From a virus, in the IMG/VR virus record IMGVR_UViG_3300025407_001359: a stretch of 64,000 bases of DNA; one strand, given 5' to 3'. Positions 29,584-39,429 of this stretch are shown in pieces. The notes beneath the pieces are model-generated. The model worked only from the letters and a program-made list of their open reading frames with translations, was not told where the DNA came from and did not search any database. A program made the translations under genes and the position numbers. Position 1 is the first letter of the stretch. Every line of letters begins with the position of its first letter.

Positions 29584-29591
29584 TATAAATA
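29584..29591 (+). promoter_or_regulatory. T4-type late promoter motif TATAAATA (representative of many TAAATA sites)
   Basis: TAAATA also lies just upstream of genes at 2879, 3679, 6915, 7216, 8283, 17253, 19342, 32578, 35098, 35559, 36008, 42592, 55914, 56295, 58606, 59725, and TATAAATA at 62571. Confidence 0.75.
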
Positions 29592-29609
29592 TAGGATAAG
29601 GACCAAAAT

Positions 29610-30053
29610 ATGATTACCGTAAAAGCCTATCTCTACCCAAATACTGCGGAAGTTCAAATTTTTGATCCTCGCATATTTACAACAAGGAATCGCCAAGTGT
29701 ACAGCCGCCCAATCAAAGTTTATCAAGGTATTGATAATCCCATACAAGTCATAGTTAAAAATCAGGATCAAAAAAGTGTTGACTTGACGGGATCCACAAT
29801 GACTGCACAAATACAAGATCCTACCAATCAAAAAACTATCAGTTCATATCCAATTACTTGGGCAAACATTCAGTTAGGCCAAGGTAATTTTACACTAGAC
29901 CGCGCTACTATAGACAGTTTGGAAAACCGTTTCTACAAACTAACTTTCAGTGCCAACGCTGCCGGCACAGTTACTCCGGTGTACATTGATGACAATTATG
30001 GTGTTCCTTTGGATCTAGAAGTACTACCAGCGTACTATTCTACAACCCCGTAA
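29610..30053 (+). CDS. Putative virion structural protein (Ig/BppU-N-like beta domain)
   Basis: Late promoter; IKVYQGIDNPIQVIVKNQDQKSVDLTG pattern. Confidence 0.55.
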   Translation: MITVKAYLYPNTAEVQIFDPRIFTTRNRQVYSRPIKVYQGIDNPIQVIVKNQDQKSVDLTGSTMTAQIQDPTNQKTISSYPITWANIQLGQGNFTLDRATIDSLENRFYKLTFSANAAGTVTPVYIDDNYGVPLDLEVLPAYYSTTP

Positions 30054-30092
30054 CAGTTGACGTAGTACAAAATATCCTGTATAATATACAGA

Positions 30093-31127
30093 ATGTTGAA
30101 CTCTATTCGCGACGCTGTAACTCAAATATTACCGCATAAACGTAAAACCAATTCCAGTTCGGGTTGGACCAGTTTCAACGGCGTTTGTTGTCCTCACAAT
30201 GGCGAAAGCACAGACACTCGTGGACGTGGCGGATTAGTAATGAACGCAGATGGTGGTGTTAGTTATCATTGTTTCAACTGCAACTTCAAAGCCAGCTATG
30301 TTCCGGGTCGTCACTTAACATACAAATTCCGTAAGTTACTAAGTTGGCTAGGTGCAGACGAAGGTACTGTTAAGCGATTAGTAATTGATGCTATCCGTAT
30401 CCGTGAATTGGTAGCACCTGAAACTCTAGTAGAAATAGAAGAAGCAGAACCTGTAAACTTTAAGGCAAGACCCTTGCCAGAAGAAGCACAGACATTTCAC
30501 GCACTCAGTAATTTTTACACATTAAACAATGATCGTGATGTACCTAAAGAATTTCACAACGCGGTTCTGTACACAGCTGGTAGAAAAATAGATTTGTCTA
30601 GATACGAATTTTATTGGACTCCAGAAACACAATACAATTTAAACCGTCGTGTGATCGTTCCTTTTACCTGGCGGAATCAAATCATTGGATACACGTCAAG
30701 AACATTTGATGAGACTGTTAAACCCAAGTACCACTCAAGTTACGAACCTAACTATGTGTTCAACGTGGATCGTCAATTAAAAGACGCTAAGTTTGTTATT
30801 GTAGTCGAAGGTCCATTTGACGCCATGGCTGTAGATGGGGTAGCAGTACTCAGTAACGAGTGCAGTGAGACGCAAGCTGACATCATTGATAGCTTGGGCA
30901 GAGAAGTCATTGTAGTACCTGATGCAGATCGGGCCGGTGCTAGGTTAGTCGACCAGGCGGTTGAATTTGGCTGGTCAGTATCCTTCCCAGTTTGGCAAGA
31001 GACTCACAAGGACGTGGCATCGGCTGTGGAAGAATTTGGCAAATTGTTTGTTATCAAGAGCATTATTGAAGCACGTCAGTCGAACAAATTAAAAATTGAG
31101 CTACGCAAGAAAAGAATATATAATTAA
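30093..31127 (+). CDS. DNA primase (T4 gp61-like)
   Basis: Zn-binding CCPH...YHCFNC; TOPRIM VVEGPFDA and VPDADRAG. Confidence 0.9.
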   Translation: MLNSIRDAVTQILPHKRKTNSSSGWTSFNGVCCPHNGESTDTRGRGGLVMNADGGVSYHCFNCNFKASYVPGRHLTYKFRKLLSWLGADEGTVKRLVIDAIRIRELVAPETLVEIEEAEPVNFKARPLPEEAQTFHALSNFYTLNNDRDVPKEFHNAVLYTAGRKIDLSRYEFYWTPETQYNLNRRVIVPFTWRNQIIGYTSRTFDETVKPKYHSSYEPNYVFNVDRQLKDAKFVIVVEGPFDAMAVDGVAVLSNECSETQADIIDSLGREVIVVPDADRAGARLVDQAVEFGWSVSFPVWQETHKDVASAVEEFGKLFVIKSIIEARQSNKLKIELRKKRIYN

Positions 31128-31130
31128 ACT

Positions 31131-32570
31131 ATGGCAAAAGAATACACACCCGAAATACAAAAATTATTCTTGGAAATGATGATGCAGGACGCACAGAGTT
31201 TTGTGCGTGTGCAAAACATTTACAATCCAGAAAACTTTGATCGTACACTGAGAGATGCGGCCAAGTTTATACAGCAACACAGCGCAGAGCATAAAACTTT
31301 GCCAACCTATGAACAGATTCGGGCAGTTACTGGTATAGACTTGAAGCCAATTCCCAATGCCATTGATGGACATCAAGAATGGTTTATGCAGGAGTTTGAA
31401 GGTTTCAGCAGAAAAGAAGAACTCAGCCGTGCTATTCTCAAAGCCGCGGATTTGCTGGAAGAAGGTGACTACGATCCTGTGGAGAAACTGATCAAGGATG
31501 CAGTACAAATCTCATTGACCAAAGACCTAGGCACTGACTATTTCGATGATCCCAAAACACGTATTGACCGTTACTTCAATTCGGGCGGACAAGTGTCAAC
31601 CGGTTGGCCAACCATGGACAAGATTTTGTACGGCGGATTCAGCCGCGGCGAGCTCAATATCTTTGCTGGCGGATCGGGATCGGGCAAAAGTTTGGTCATG
31701 ATGAACATTGCATTGAGTTGGATACAGCAAGGACTCTCGGGTGTTTATGTAAGTTTAGAACTTAGTGAAGAACTGGTGGCCTTGCGTACTGATGCTATGT
31801 TGACCAGTATGGGCACCAAAGACATTCGCAAAGACATTGATACTACAGAACTCAAAGTCAAGATGGTGGGTAAAAAAGCTGGCAAGTATAGAATCAAAGC
31901 ACTACCAGCACAAAGCAACGTGAATGATATTCGTAGCTTTATCAAAGAATATCAAATACAAACCAACAACAAGGTAGACTTTGTCATGGTTGACTACTTG
32001 GACTTGGTAATGCCAGTGAGTGTAAAAGTCAATCCCAACGATCAGTTTATCAAAGACAAGTATGTGGCAGAAGAACTGCGTAACTTGTCGCAAGAGCTGG
32101 GTGTGCTGTTAGTTACAGCGAGTCAGTTGAATCGTAGTGCAGTAGAAGAAATTGAATTTGACCATAGCCATATTGCTGGTGGTATTTCAAAGATCAATAC
32201 TGCGGACAACGTGTTTGGTATCTTTACCAGCCGTGCAATGAAAGAACGTGGGCGTTATCAAATCCAGTGTATGAAGTCACGTAGCTCAACAGGTGTGGGA
32301 CAAAAGATTGATCTAGAGTACAATATTGAAACCATGCGTATCACTGACCCGGGAGAAGAAGGACAAACAAGTTCAGGTGGATCAAAACCGGCGGCCAATA
32401 TTTTAAATCAAATCAAAACCGGCAGCACAGTGACTGATGCCAAACCCTGGGCCAAACCGCAGGCACGAGAAGGATTTGACTTGGAAAACGCCGGTCCTAC
32501 TCCGGGCAGTAGTGTAGAAAGCATCAAATTAAAGCAGATGCTGGCCGGTCTTAAATCTAAATCCGAGTGA
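31131..32570 (+). CDS. Replicative DnaB-like helicase (T4 gp41-like)
   Basis: GGSGSGKS, SLELS, VMVDYLD, TASQLNR, KSRSS. Confidence 0.92.
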   Translation: MAKEYTPEIQKLFLEMMMQDAQSFVRVQNIYNPENFDRTLRDAAKFIQQHSAEHKTLPTYEQIRAVTGIDLKPIPNAIDGHQEWFMQEFEGFSRKEELSRAILKAADLLEEGDYDPVEKLIKDAVQISLTKDLGTDYFDDPKTRIDRYFNSGGQVSTGWPTMDKILYGGFSRGELNIFAGGSGSGKSLVMMNIALSWIQQGLSGVYVSLELSEELVALRTDAMLTSMGTKDIRKDIDTTELKVKMVGKKAGKYRIKALPAQSNVNDIRSFIKEYQIQTNNKVDFVMVDYLDLVMPVSVKVNPNDQFIKDKYVAEELRNLSQELGVLLVTASQLNRSAVEEIEFDHSHIAGGISKINTADNVFGIFTSRAMKERGRYQIQCMKSRSSTGVGQKIDLEYNIETMRITDPGEEGQTSSGGSKPAANILNQIKTGSTVTDAKPWAKPQAREGFDLENAGPTPGSSVESIKLKQMLAGLKSKSE

Positions 32571-32605
32571 ACTTCAATAAATAATACTAAACTGGAGCTG
32601 AAATC

Positions 32606-32854
32606 TTGCAAAAGCGGGCCCGTAGTATTCTTGATGAATTAGATAACCTAATAGTACACAAAGATCGTGAGAATCTTGTGGAAAGCCGTGCCACCCACGT
32701 TATTCAGGGTGCTATCAATCTAATCAACTACATACGTGAAAATTACGACGCTGAACAAGCGGGGGAGTTGGAACGTAGATTAATTAATTCAATCCGTAAT
32801 CAAGAGCCAGAAAAATTCAAGCGTGGTGTACGGAGAATGAAACGTGAAAATTAA
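32606..32854 (+). CDS. Hypothetical late protein (TTG start)
   Basis: TAAATA at 32578, GGAG RBS. Confidence 0.65.
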   Translation: MQKRARSILDELDNLIVHKDRENLVESRATHVIQGAINLINYIRENYDAEQAGELERRLINSIRNQEPEKFKRGVRRMKREN

Positions 32855-33977
32855 TGAAGTTATTGTAGAAGCACTTAACACTAATACTGGTACTCCAAAT
32901 CCTGCTGCGCCAGCCAACCCACCGGCCGACGATAATCAAACACAGTGGACTGGTCGCAAACCAGCTGCACCAGCAAAGCCTGATTACAGTCAGAAACCTG
33001 GTGCTTATGCTACCAATCCCGGAACAACAGCAAAGTACAATGTTCCGACTGGCATCCCAAATCCCACTCCTGCAACTCCCGCTGCACAACCTGCCCCAGC
33101 TGCTCCAATTGATACAGCATATCAAGATCAACTTGATCAAAATATTCAGCAAAAACAACAAGCGGCAGTGGCTGCCAATCAGGCCAACACACCTGCACAA
33201 AAAGCCAAGCAAGGCCTAAAGAACTTGGGAGGTGCATTGTCCAAAGGTATCCAAGGTGCGGTCAAAGGATATCAACAGGCACGCAACACTCGTCAAGCAA
33301 TTGATCAAGCAAAACAGGCCGGTGGATTGAATCTAGAATTAGAAACCAATGCAGCAAACAAATTTTTAGCACAACGTGGTGCTGTTACCAACTTAAAAGA
33401 TCCTGCCACATTCCAAAAAGAACTGCAGGCGTGGGCCGGTAAGAGATATCCTGGACTTGATGTTGGCAACATAGATGTCAGCAAGGTAAGACCTGGCAAC
33501 AAAAACGACGTGCAAAATTATGTTACACAGGTCTATAGTACCTATATGGCAGACCGTGCCAACAAACCCAAGACAGCGGCACCTGCTACCAAAACTGCCG
33601 CGGCACCTGCTGCAACACAGTCAACTATTATTGATCCTGCAACAGGTAAACCATTTGCACCTGCAACACAACCAGCGGCACAACCTGCGCCGGCCGCTAC
33701 AACAGCTGCACCGGCAACTGCAGCTCCGGCTCCTGATGCACACGATGAAAAAGATATCAAACACGATATGGTACCTGGTATGGAAATTGTACAGCAAGAA
33801 CCTATTATTGTAAAATACAAAAACAGAGAGTTTGGCCTTGATGACAATGGCCAATGGGTACACCTAGGTGGTACTAAAACTCCACACCAGTCATTCCAAG
33901 CTATGTTAGACAAGGCCGCTGGTTTCAGTGAAAGTTTTGATCCAGCTGCAATCTTAGAAAACAAATTGCGAAAGTAA
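32844..33977 (+). CDS. Ala/Pro-rich putative virion internal protein
   Basis: MKINEVIVE N-terminus; low-complexity PAA linkers. Confidence 0.65.
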   Translation: MKINEVIVEALNTNTGTPNPAAPANPPADDNQTQWTGRKPAAPAKPDYSQKPGAYATNPGTTAKYNVPTGIPNPTPATPAAQPAPAAPIDTAYQDQLDQNIQQKQQAAVAANQANTPAQKAKQGLKNLGGALSKGIQGAVKGYQQARNTRQAIDQAKQAGGLNLELETNAANKFLAQRGAVTNLKDPATFQKELQAWAGKRYPGLDVGNIDVSKVRPGNKNDVQNYVTQVYSTYMADRANKPKTAAPATKTAAAPAATQSTIIDPATGKPFAPATQPAAQPAPAATTAAPATAAPAPDAHDEKDIKHDMVPGMEIVQQEPIIVKYKNREFGLDDNGQWVHLGGTKTPHQSFQAMLDKAAGFSESFDPAAILENKLRK

Positions 33978-33978
33978 A

Positions 33979-35070
33979 ATGGAATTAAATTTTATCAATG
34001 AGGTCCTGCTAGAAGTCAAAGCAGCACCAGCACGTACTCCACATCCTGAAGATGCCATATTTGATGGCACAGCAGTCGCTGAACGTATGGTAGGTGCAAT
34101 GGAATCTGTAATCAAAGATCCTGGCAGCCTGACAATCAAGTGGGATGGATTTCCTGCCTTGGTATTTGGTCGTAATGCCGACGGTCAGTTGACTGTGATG
34201 GACAAGTATATGTTTGACAAGCCGCACGGTCGAGTTACCAGCCCTGAAGATTGGGTACGTTACGATCAAGAGCGCGGCAAGAATCGTAACGATTTGTATC
34301 AACGCATTGCCAACATTTGGCCTGGTCTAGATCAAGCGGTGGGCAATGTACCTGGATACTTCTGGGGCGATCTGCTATGGAGTGCACCACTTCGACCAGT
34401 CAAAGGCCAGTTTGTGTTCAAACCCAATGTGGTTGAATATCATATTCCAGTAAAAAGCAGTCTAGGTCAACAGATAGCCGGACGCCAAGGCGGTATTGTG
34501 GTACACACTTATCTGGCCGACGAACACGCTAGACCACAACCTTGGAACGGGCAAGGGCTTGACTTTAATGCACCCACAGCAATTTTGACGCCCAGTGCCA
34601 ATATCAAATTTACATTGGATGATCCTGTGCGTTTGCACAAAGCCGCAGTGAGCACCTTAAAGAAGTACAGCACAGTGGCCGACAGCTTTTTGGCCGGCCT
34701 AGATGACAAAGCACGTGCTGCGTTGAAACAGTATGCAAACAAAAAGATTACTGGGCAAACGCACGAAGAATTATCAGATTGGTTACAATCTGCTAATGTT
34801 ACTCAAAAATTACGCAAGTTTTTGTTGGGTGAAAACCAAGACGGATACCTGTATCAGCACATCAACGGTGTGGCCGCAGTTTTTGCGATTTGGAACGCGG
34901 TTTATGCGTTCAAAGTCAATTTAACCGAGCAACTGGAACGCCAGGTACAAGGTATTGGGCAATATGTAAACGGACAGCCAGCTGGCGAAGGATTTGTATT
35001 CAGTACCCCAGAAGGCCCAGTAAAATTGGTACAAAGAACTGTGTTTAGCCAGGCATTATTTGCCCGTTAA
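33979..35070 (+). CDS. ATP-dependent ligase-fold nucleotidyltransferase-like protein (DUF6267-like)
   Basis: Motif I TIKWDG, FWGDL, motif IV GEGFV, motif V VKLV. Confidence 0.55.
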   Translation: MELNFINEVLLEVKAAPARTPHPEDAIFDGTAVAERMVGAMESVIKDPGSLTIKWDGFPALVFGRNADGQLTVMDKYMFDKPHGRVTSPEDWVRYDQERGKNRNDLYQRIANIWPGLDQAVGNVPGYFWGDLLWSAPLRPVKGQFVFKPNVVEYHIPVKSSLGQQIAGRQGGIVVHTYLADEHARPQPWNGQGLDFNAPTAILTPSANIKFTLDDPVRLHKAAVSTLKKYSTVADSFLAGLDDKARAALKQYANKKITGQTHEELSDWLQSANVTQKLRKFLLGENQDGYLYQHINGVAAVFAIWNAVYAFKVNLTEQLERQVQGIGQYVNGQPAGEGFVFSTPEGPVKLVQRTVFSQALFAR

Positions 35071-35145
35071 TAACAACCCGTTTTTTGTTCGAAAGCATAA
35101 ATAATTATAGGTCCATTGAGACCACACATATTAAGGAGATTTAAA

Positions 35146-35502
35146 ATGGCAATTCAGACACGTTATGCAGGTGATGCAAATGGCGTTAACAACGTTGACG
35201 CAACATATGATGGTACACTAGATACAGTTATCGGTTTAGGTTTAACAAAGAACCCAATCGGCTTAAAGATTACTTCTATCGGCACATTATCAGCAGCTGA
35301 CTCAGCTACTGGTGGTATCGTTGAATCAATTCTAAAGCAAATCGCTATCGATTCTACTATCACAGCATATCAAGTTAGCTCAACTCAGTTAAGCGTTCTT
35401 TTAGAAGCTACTGGTTCTAACGATGCAACTAAACAAACTCGTGTACGTACAATTTCAGCTAACGCTGTTGTATCAAGCGCAGGTGGCATCAAGTTTGCTT
35501 AA
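35146..35502 (+). CDS. Putative highly expressed virion protein
   Basis: TAAATA 35098, TAAGGAG RBS, own terminator. Confidence 0.7.
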   Translation: MAIQTRYAGDANGVNNVDATYDGTLDTVIGLGLTKNPIGLKITSIGTLSAADSATGGIVESILKQIAIDSTITAYQVSSTQLSVLLEATGSNDATKQTRVRTISANAVVSSAGGIKFA

Positions 35503-35523
35503 TAGTTTTTAACTATAACGAAG

Positions 35524-35550
35524 AAAGCAATCTTTATGATTGCTTTTTTT
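35524..35550 (+). terminator. Intrinsic terminator
   Basis: AAAGCAATC-TTTAT-GATTGCTTT plus a T-run. Confidence 0.8.
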
Positions 35551-35572
35551 GTGGCCGATAAATACTAGCACT

Positions 35573-36010
35573 ATGTCAGAATCTAATTTGTATTTTTTTC
35601 AAGGCTACAGTCTAGTAGACATCACTGCTACCGGTGTGGTCCGCAGCTCAGATCCTGACGCAGTAGAACGACATCAACAGCGCAACTGGGAAACAGTCAT
35701 ACAATGTATGAGCCTGCGTACTCAACCACAACATATACAACTGCCTACTGTGGTAGAAATTGAATTGGATCGACTGAGCTTTGGTGATTTCTATGAAGGC
35801 ATACAGCAGGTATGGACCTGGCAGTGGGCTGTAGAAGGCAACGGAGTATACGACCTTCCAGGCAAACCTATAGGTGGATTGCAACAGGATTTTGAGCAGG
35901 TACCTATCATTACCGGACTTGCCGAAACTGCTCGATTTATGTTGCCGATATTTTATCCATATGGCACTATAAAAAACATATACTTTAGGCAAATCAATCC
36001 CGTAGCATAA
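35573..36010 (+). CDS. Hypothetical late protein
   Basis: TAAATA 35559. Confidence 0.7.
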   Translation: MSESNLYFFQGYSLVDITATGVVRSSDPDAVERHQQRNWETVIQCMSLRTQPQHIQLPTVVEIELDRLSFGDFYEGIQQVWTWQWAVEGNGVYDLPGKPIGGLQQDFEQVPIITGLAETARFMLPIFYPYGTIKNIYFRQINPVA

Positions 36011-36105
36011 ATACTAATAGATGCTATAAGGCAACTATTAAGGCTCATATCACGGCACACACAGGCAAATCAACGCATCGCTTAACATGAAAAAAGCGAG
36101 GAACT

Positions 36106-36366
36106 ATGTCTACAACTGACATCGAAAAGAAGAGTCTAGAAGCCCACGTAGAACTTTGCGCGGAGCGATACTCTGCTTTGGAGACAAAATTAATACATCT
36201 TGATGGTCGTATGGACAAATTAGAAGCCCATATTGTTGACATCAAGGATTCCATTGGCCGTGTCGGTAGCGACAGTAACAAAACTCTTATCACAATTGGT
36301 ACTGCTATTTTTGTAGCACTACTAGCTGGTGTTTTTGGTTTAGTGGTACACCTCGTATCAAAATGA
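36106..36366 (+). CDS. Coiled-coil protein with C-terminal transmembrane helix (holin/XhlA-like)
   Basis: Heptads LETKLIHLDGRMDKLEAHI; hydrophobic TLITIGTAIFVALLAGVFGLVVHLV. Confidence 0.55.
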   Translation: MSTTDIEKKSLEAHVELCAERYSALETKLIHLDGRMDKLEAHIVDIKDSIGRVGSDSNKTLITIGTAIFVALLAGVFGLVVHLVSK

Positions 36367-36572
36367 AAATCGTAGAATTAATTAACCAAGTACAAATTGC
36401 CTTAAATAATGAACAAGCTGATTTATTGGGACGTTTTCAACACGAACCCAGCATATTAAAAAACTCTCTAAATGAAAGAGAACAGCTTATAGCAAATCAA
36501 CTAACGACGCAAGATATATTACTTCGTCGTAATGAAAATGGCAAGATCACATACTCAAAAAAAATACGCTAA
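36363..36572 (+). CDS. Hypothetical protein (MKIVELI...)
   Basis: ATGA-coupled ORF. Confidence 0.7.
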   Translation: MKIVELINQVQIALNNEQADLLGRFQHEPSILKNSLNEREQLIANQLTTQDILLRRNENGKITYSKKIR

Positions 36573-37071
36573 AAAACCTCGTACTTCGGTCCCGAAGGAA
36601 ATAACCAACGTTGCTGCAGATTATATCAAACATTGGACTTCTCGCGAGTTAGGCCGTATACAAAGCAATGAACCACGTCCAGTTTGTGTGCAAGTCAAAG
36701 ACGGATATCTAGTGGGACTGTATAGACTCACTGTAAATCCCAACAAAACTTGCGACTTATTTGATGTCAATAGAGAACTGGTGCACCGTTTTGAAAGCAA
36801 AATTTCAGCAATTTTGTACGCTATTTACTTGACCAAACAACAGTATGCCAGGGCAGATGAAATACTGTCAGTTGATAGAATAATAAATAAATGTTATACA
36901 GATATGTTATGTTTACGTAATATTATTGAAAAGGCAAAAAAACAACAAGATTATGTAACAGTAGATACCCGTCTTCCCAGGTTAGAAATGGCTGAAACTC
37001 GGCTAAATCTTGCTCGGGACAGGATGACAAAAATACATAATATAGCTAAATACTACAAAGTTTGGGAATAA
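36532..37071 (+). CDS. Hypothetical protein
   Basis: 179-aa ORF within the operon. Confidence 0.7.
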   Translation: MKMARSHTQKKYAKKPRTSVPKEITNVAADYIKHWTSRELGRIQSNEPRPVCVQVKDGYLVGLYRLTVNPNKTCDLFDVNRELVHRFESKISAILYAIYLTKQQYARADEILSVDRIINKCYTDMLCLRNIIEKAKKQQDYVTVDTRLPRLEMAETRLNLARDRMTKIHNIAKYYKVWE

Positions 37072-37076
37072 ACAAA

Positions 37077-37784
37077 ATGAGACTCTCTGAAATGCGTACC
37101 GAAGTAACACCACAAAAAATTAACAAAGTTATGGAAAGCCGCTTTGGTTTTTCTATTGACTATGACAATTTAACTTATGCCAAGGCACAGCGTTTGGCCA
37201 AAGCACTGGGTGAAAACATTCAATCAATCAAACGTTCTTTTGGCGCACACACCGCTGAAAAGAATCCAAAGTACATAGAACTTATGTTGGTCAAAGAAGG
37301 CCTGAACAAATGGCTAACTAGCGAACAAGGTTTGTTTGAAAGTGAAATGGGCAAGAGCGAAGCAGTATTGGCTGCCAAAGATATGGTTGACTCTGTGCAA
37401 GATATGTTGGAAAAAGTATCCAAGATGCAAAACGAACAGATGCCAGCCCTGGTAGATACAATTCGTGACCAAATCGGCAGCGAGCAAGCAGAACAATTCA
37501 AAGGTGCAATGGCTCCTTTACTAACAAGTTTATACCAAGCAGTCAGCACAGGTCGTGACCAAGCTGACACAGCAGTTCGTGGCCTAGCCGGCGAACAAGT
37601 TGAACAGCCAATGGATATGGGCATGGGCGGTGACACTGGATTAGATGCAGGTGCTCCTGCAGACGCCGGTGCTGATCTTGGTCCAGAACCAGAAAGCGAT
37701 TTAGATGCTGATGGCGCTGATGGGTTTGATGCTACTGATGCCGCAGTTGGTGGTGAAGAAGAATTAGGCCGCGAGCGTCGTTAA
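37077..37784 (+). CDS. Acidic coiled-coil protein, possible head scaffold/core protein
   Basis: MRLSEMRTE start; acidic D/E/G/A-rich tail. Confidence 0.6.
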   Translation: MRLSEMRTEVTPQKINKVMESRFGFSIDYDNLTYAKAQRLAKALGENIQSIKRSFGAHTAEKNPKYIELMLVKEGLNKWLTSEQGLFESEMGKSEAVLAAKDMVDSVQDMLEKVSKMQNEQMPALVDTIRDQIGSEQAEQFKGAMAPLLTSLYQAVSTGRDQADTAVRGLAGEQVEQPMDMGMGGDTGLDAGAPADAGADLGPEPESDLDADGADGFDATDAAVGGEEELGRERR

Positions 37785-38209
37785 TGAAAATTCGTGAAAT
37801 TGTTCTTGAGTCTCTAGACATAGTAGACGAAGTAATTGAGGACGAAGCTGATAGCCGCGGTGATTCAGCTTTAATCACAACACTTGAATGGCTTCGCAAT
37901 GAAGCGCAAACCAGCGGTGCAGTAACTCCACGTGTCAAAGTTGATACAGTAATCGATCGTGTACGCGATATACCCGGCAACGAAGCATTTAATTATGCTG
38001 CCTTGGAAGCTGCACACGATCATAACGATACTGTAAAAAGTCTAATCAAAGACATCAAAGATGATGACAAATCTGGCTCCAAATATATCTATTTGTCTTT
38101 GCCAGAAAACACAGTTGACCCAGAAGATCCACTTGGTGCCCAAGGCGCCCCAGCCGGTGATCCCAGCAAAATTGTTTCCAAAATGGCCAATCGTGCCGCT
38201 TCTAAGTAA
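37784..38209 (+). CDS. Hypothetical acidic protein (MKIREIVLE...)
   Basis: TAATG-coupled. Confidence 0.7.
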   Translation: MKIREIVLESLDIVDEVIEDEADSRGDSALITTLEWLRNEAQTSGAVTPRVKVDTVIDRVRDIPGNEAFNYAALEAAHDHNDTVKSLIKDIKDDDKSGSKYIYLSLPENTVDPEDPLGAQGAPAGDPSKIVSKMANRAASK

Positions 38210-38282
38210 TAAGCCTACCAAATTTGTTGACCAAAAAGGTGTAAATACTGTATACTAGTTTACTAGTGTAAAGGAGTCTATC

Positions 38283-38588
38283 ATGAAAAAACTCGTTTTG
38301 TTGATACTGTTGATGTGTTCCACATTGGCACACGCCGAATACTGGCATCACGGTGGTGGCCGCTATTACTATCATCCTGGTTATGGTTGGGTAGCACCGG
38401 CTGTGGTAGGCGGATTGATTGTGTACGAAGCCACACGTCCTCCAGTGATTATTCAACAGCAACCAGTTTACATACAGCAGACTTATCCACCAGCACAACC
38501 AGTATACCCAGCACCGGCTGGATACCATTGGGAAGCCTTGCTAGACGGCACGTGTAATTGTTATAAAACAGTATTGGTACCTAACTGA
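38283..38588 (+). CDS. Exported/membrane Pro-Tyr-rich protein
   Basis: Signal peptide MKKLVLLILLMCSTLAHA; AAGGAG RBS. Confidence 0.7.
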   Translation: MKKLVLLILLMCSTLAHAEYWHHGGGRYYYHPGYGWVAPAVVGGLIVYEATRPPVIIQQQPVYIQQTYPPAQPVYPAPAGYHWEALLDGTCNCYKTVLVPN

Positions 38589-38749
38589 TGAAAAAGATAT
38601 ATTTTATTTTTGTATTATTAACAGCCGGCTCTGTTCAAGCTGCCGGTTTACAACAGTTGGTAGACAGCTTTAAAAAACCAGTTGCACCGGCGCCAGCACC
38701 ACAGGCACCCAAACCACCACAGCCACCCAAGTCCCCAACAGGAAAATAA
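38588..38749 (+). CDS. Small secreted Pro-rich peptide (53 aa, MKKIYFIFVLLTAGSVQA...)
   Basis: Read manually; TGATG coupling; AxA cleavage site. Confidence 0.6.
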   Translation: MKKIYFIFVLLTAGSVQAAGLQQLVDSFKKPVAPAPAPQAPKPPQPPKSPTGK

Positions 38750-38750
38750 T

Positions 38751-39131
38751 ATGGCCTACAGTGACAAAGTAATTGACCACTATGAAAATCCGCGCAACGT
38801 GGGTTCGTTTGCCAAAGACGATACCAACGTGGGTACCGGTATGGTCGGTGCACCGGCCTGTGGTGATGTAATGAAACTTCAAATAAAGGTGGTAGATGGG
38901 ATTATTCAAGACGCTAAGTTCAAGACGTATGGGTGCGGTAGCGCGATTGCAAGTAGCTCGCTGGTTACAGAATGGGTTAAAGGCAAAACACTCGATGCCG
39001 CAATGGAAATTAAAAATTCTCAAATCGCAGAAGAACTCGCACTTCCGCCAGTCAAAATCCACTGCTCAATCTTGGCCGAAGATGCAATCAAGGCGGCTGT
39101 AAATGATTACCGTAACCGACACAGCACGTAA
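38751..39131 (+). CDS. iscU: Fe-S cluster scaffold IscU
   Basis: MAYSDKVIDHYENPRNVG, APACGDVM, GCGSAIAS, LPPVKIHCS. Confidence 0.95.
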   Translation: MAYSDKVIDHYENPRNVGSFAKDDTNVGTGMVGAPACGDVMKLQIKVVDGIIQDAKFKTYGCGSAIASSSLVTEWVKGKTLDAAMEIKNSQIAEELALPPVKIHCSILAEDAIKAAVNDYRNRHST

Positions 39132-39429
39132 AAAAATTCAAGCCAATTTGTCAAAACGCGGCTCGGGCGTTGGAATTCGTGTGGGCGTACGAACCACCGG
39201 ATGTTCGGGTATGGCCTATACACTGGAATATGTAGACAAATACGAAGGAGAAGAAGGCATTATCAATTATGCTCAACCTGATTTTGTTGTTCTAGTGGAT
39301 CTCAAAGACACCGTATATCTAGACGGTATGACAATAGATTATGTACGCCAAGGGCTCAACGAAGGATTTGAATTTATCAATCCCAATGAACGAGATCGTT
39401 GCGGTTGTGGTGAAAGTTTTAGAGTATGA
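39103..39429 (+). CDS. iscA: A-type Fe-S carrier IscA
   Basis: TTGCSGMAY, NPNERDRCGCGESF. Confidence 0.9.
   Translation: MITVTDTARKKIQANLSKRGSGVGIRVGVRTTGCSGMAYTLEYVDKYEGEEGIINYAQPDFVVLVDLKDTVYLDGMTIDYVRQGLNEGFEFINPNERDRCGCGESFRV

Noticed and set aside
29520-29831. N-terminal extension of the GIY-YIG ORF given in the track
   Set aside because: It overlaps the + strand gene at 29610 and both late promoters; GTG 29519 downstream of the minus-strand TATAAATA is more plausible.
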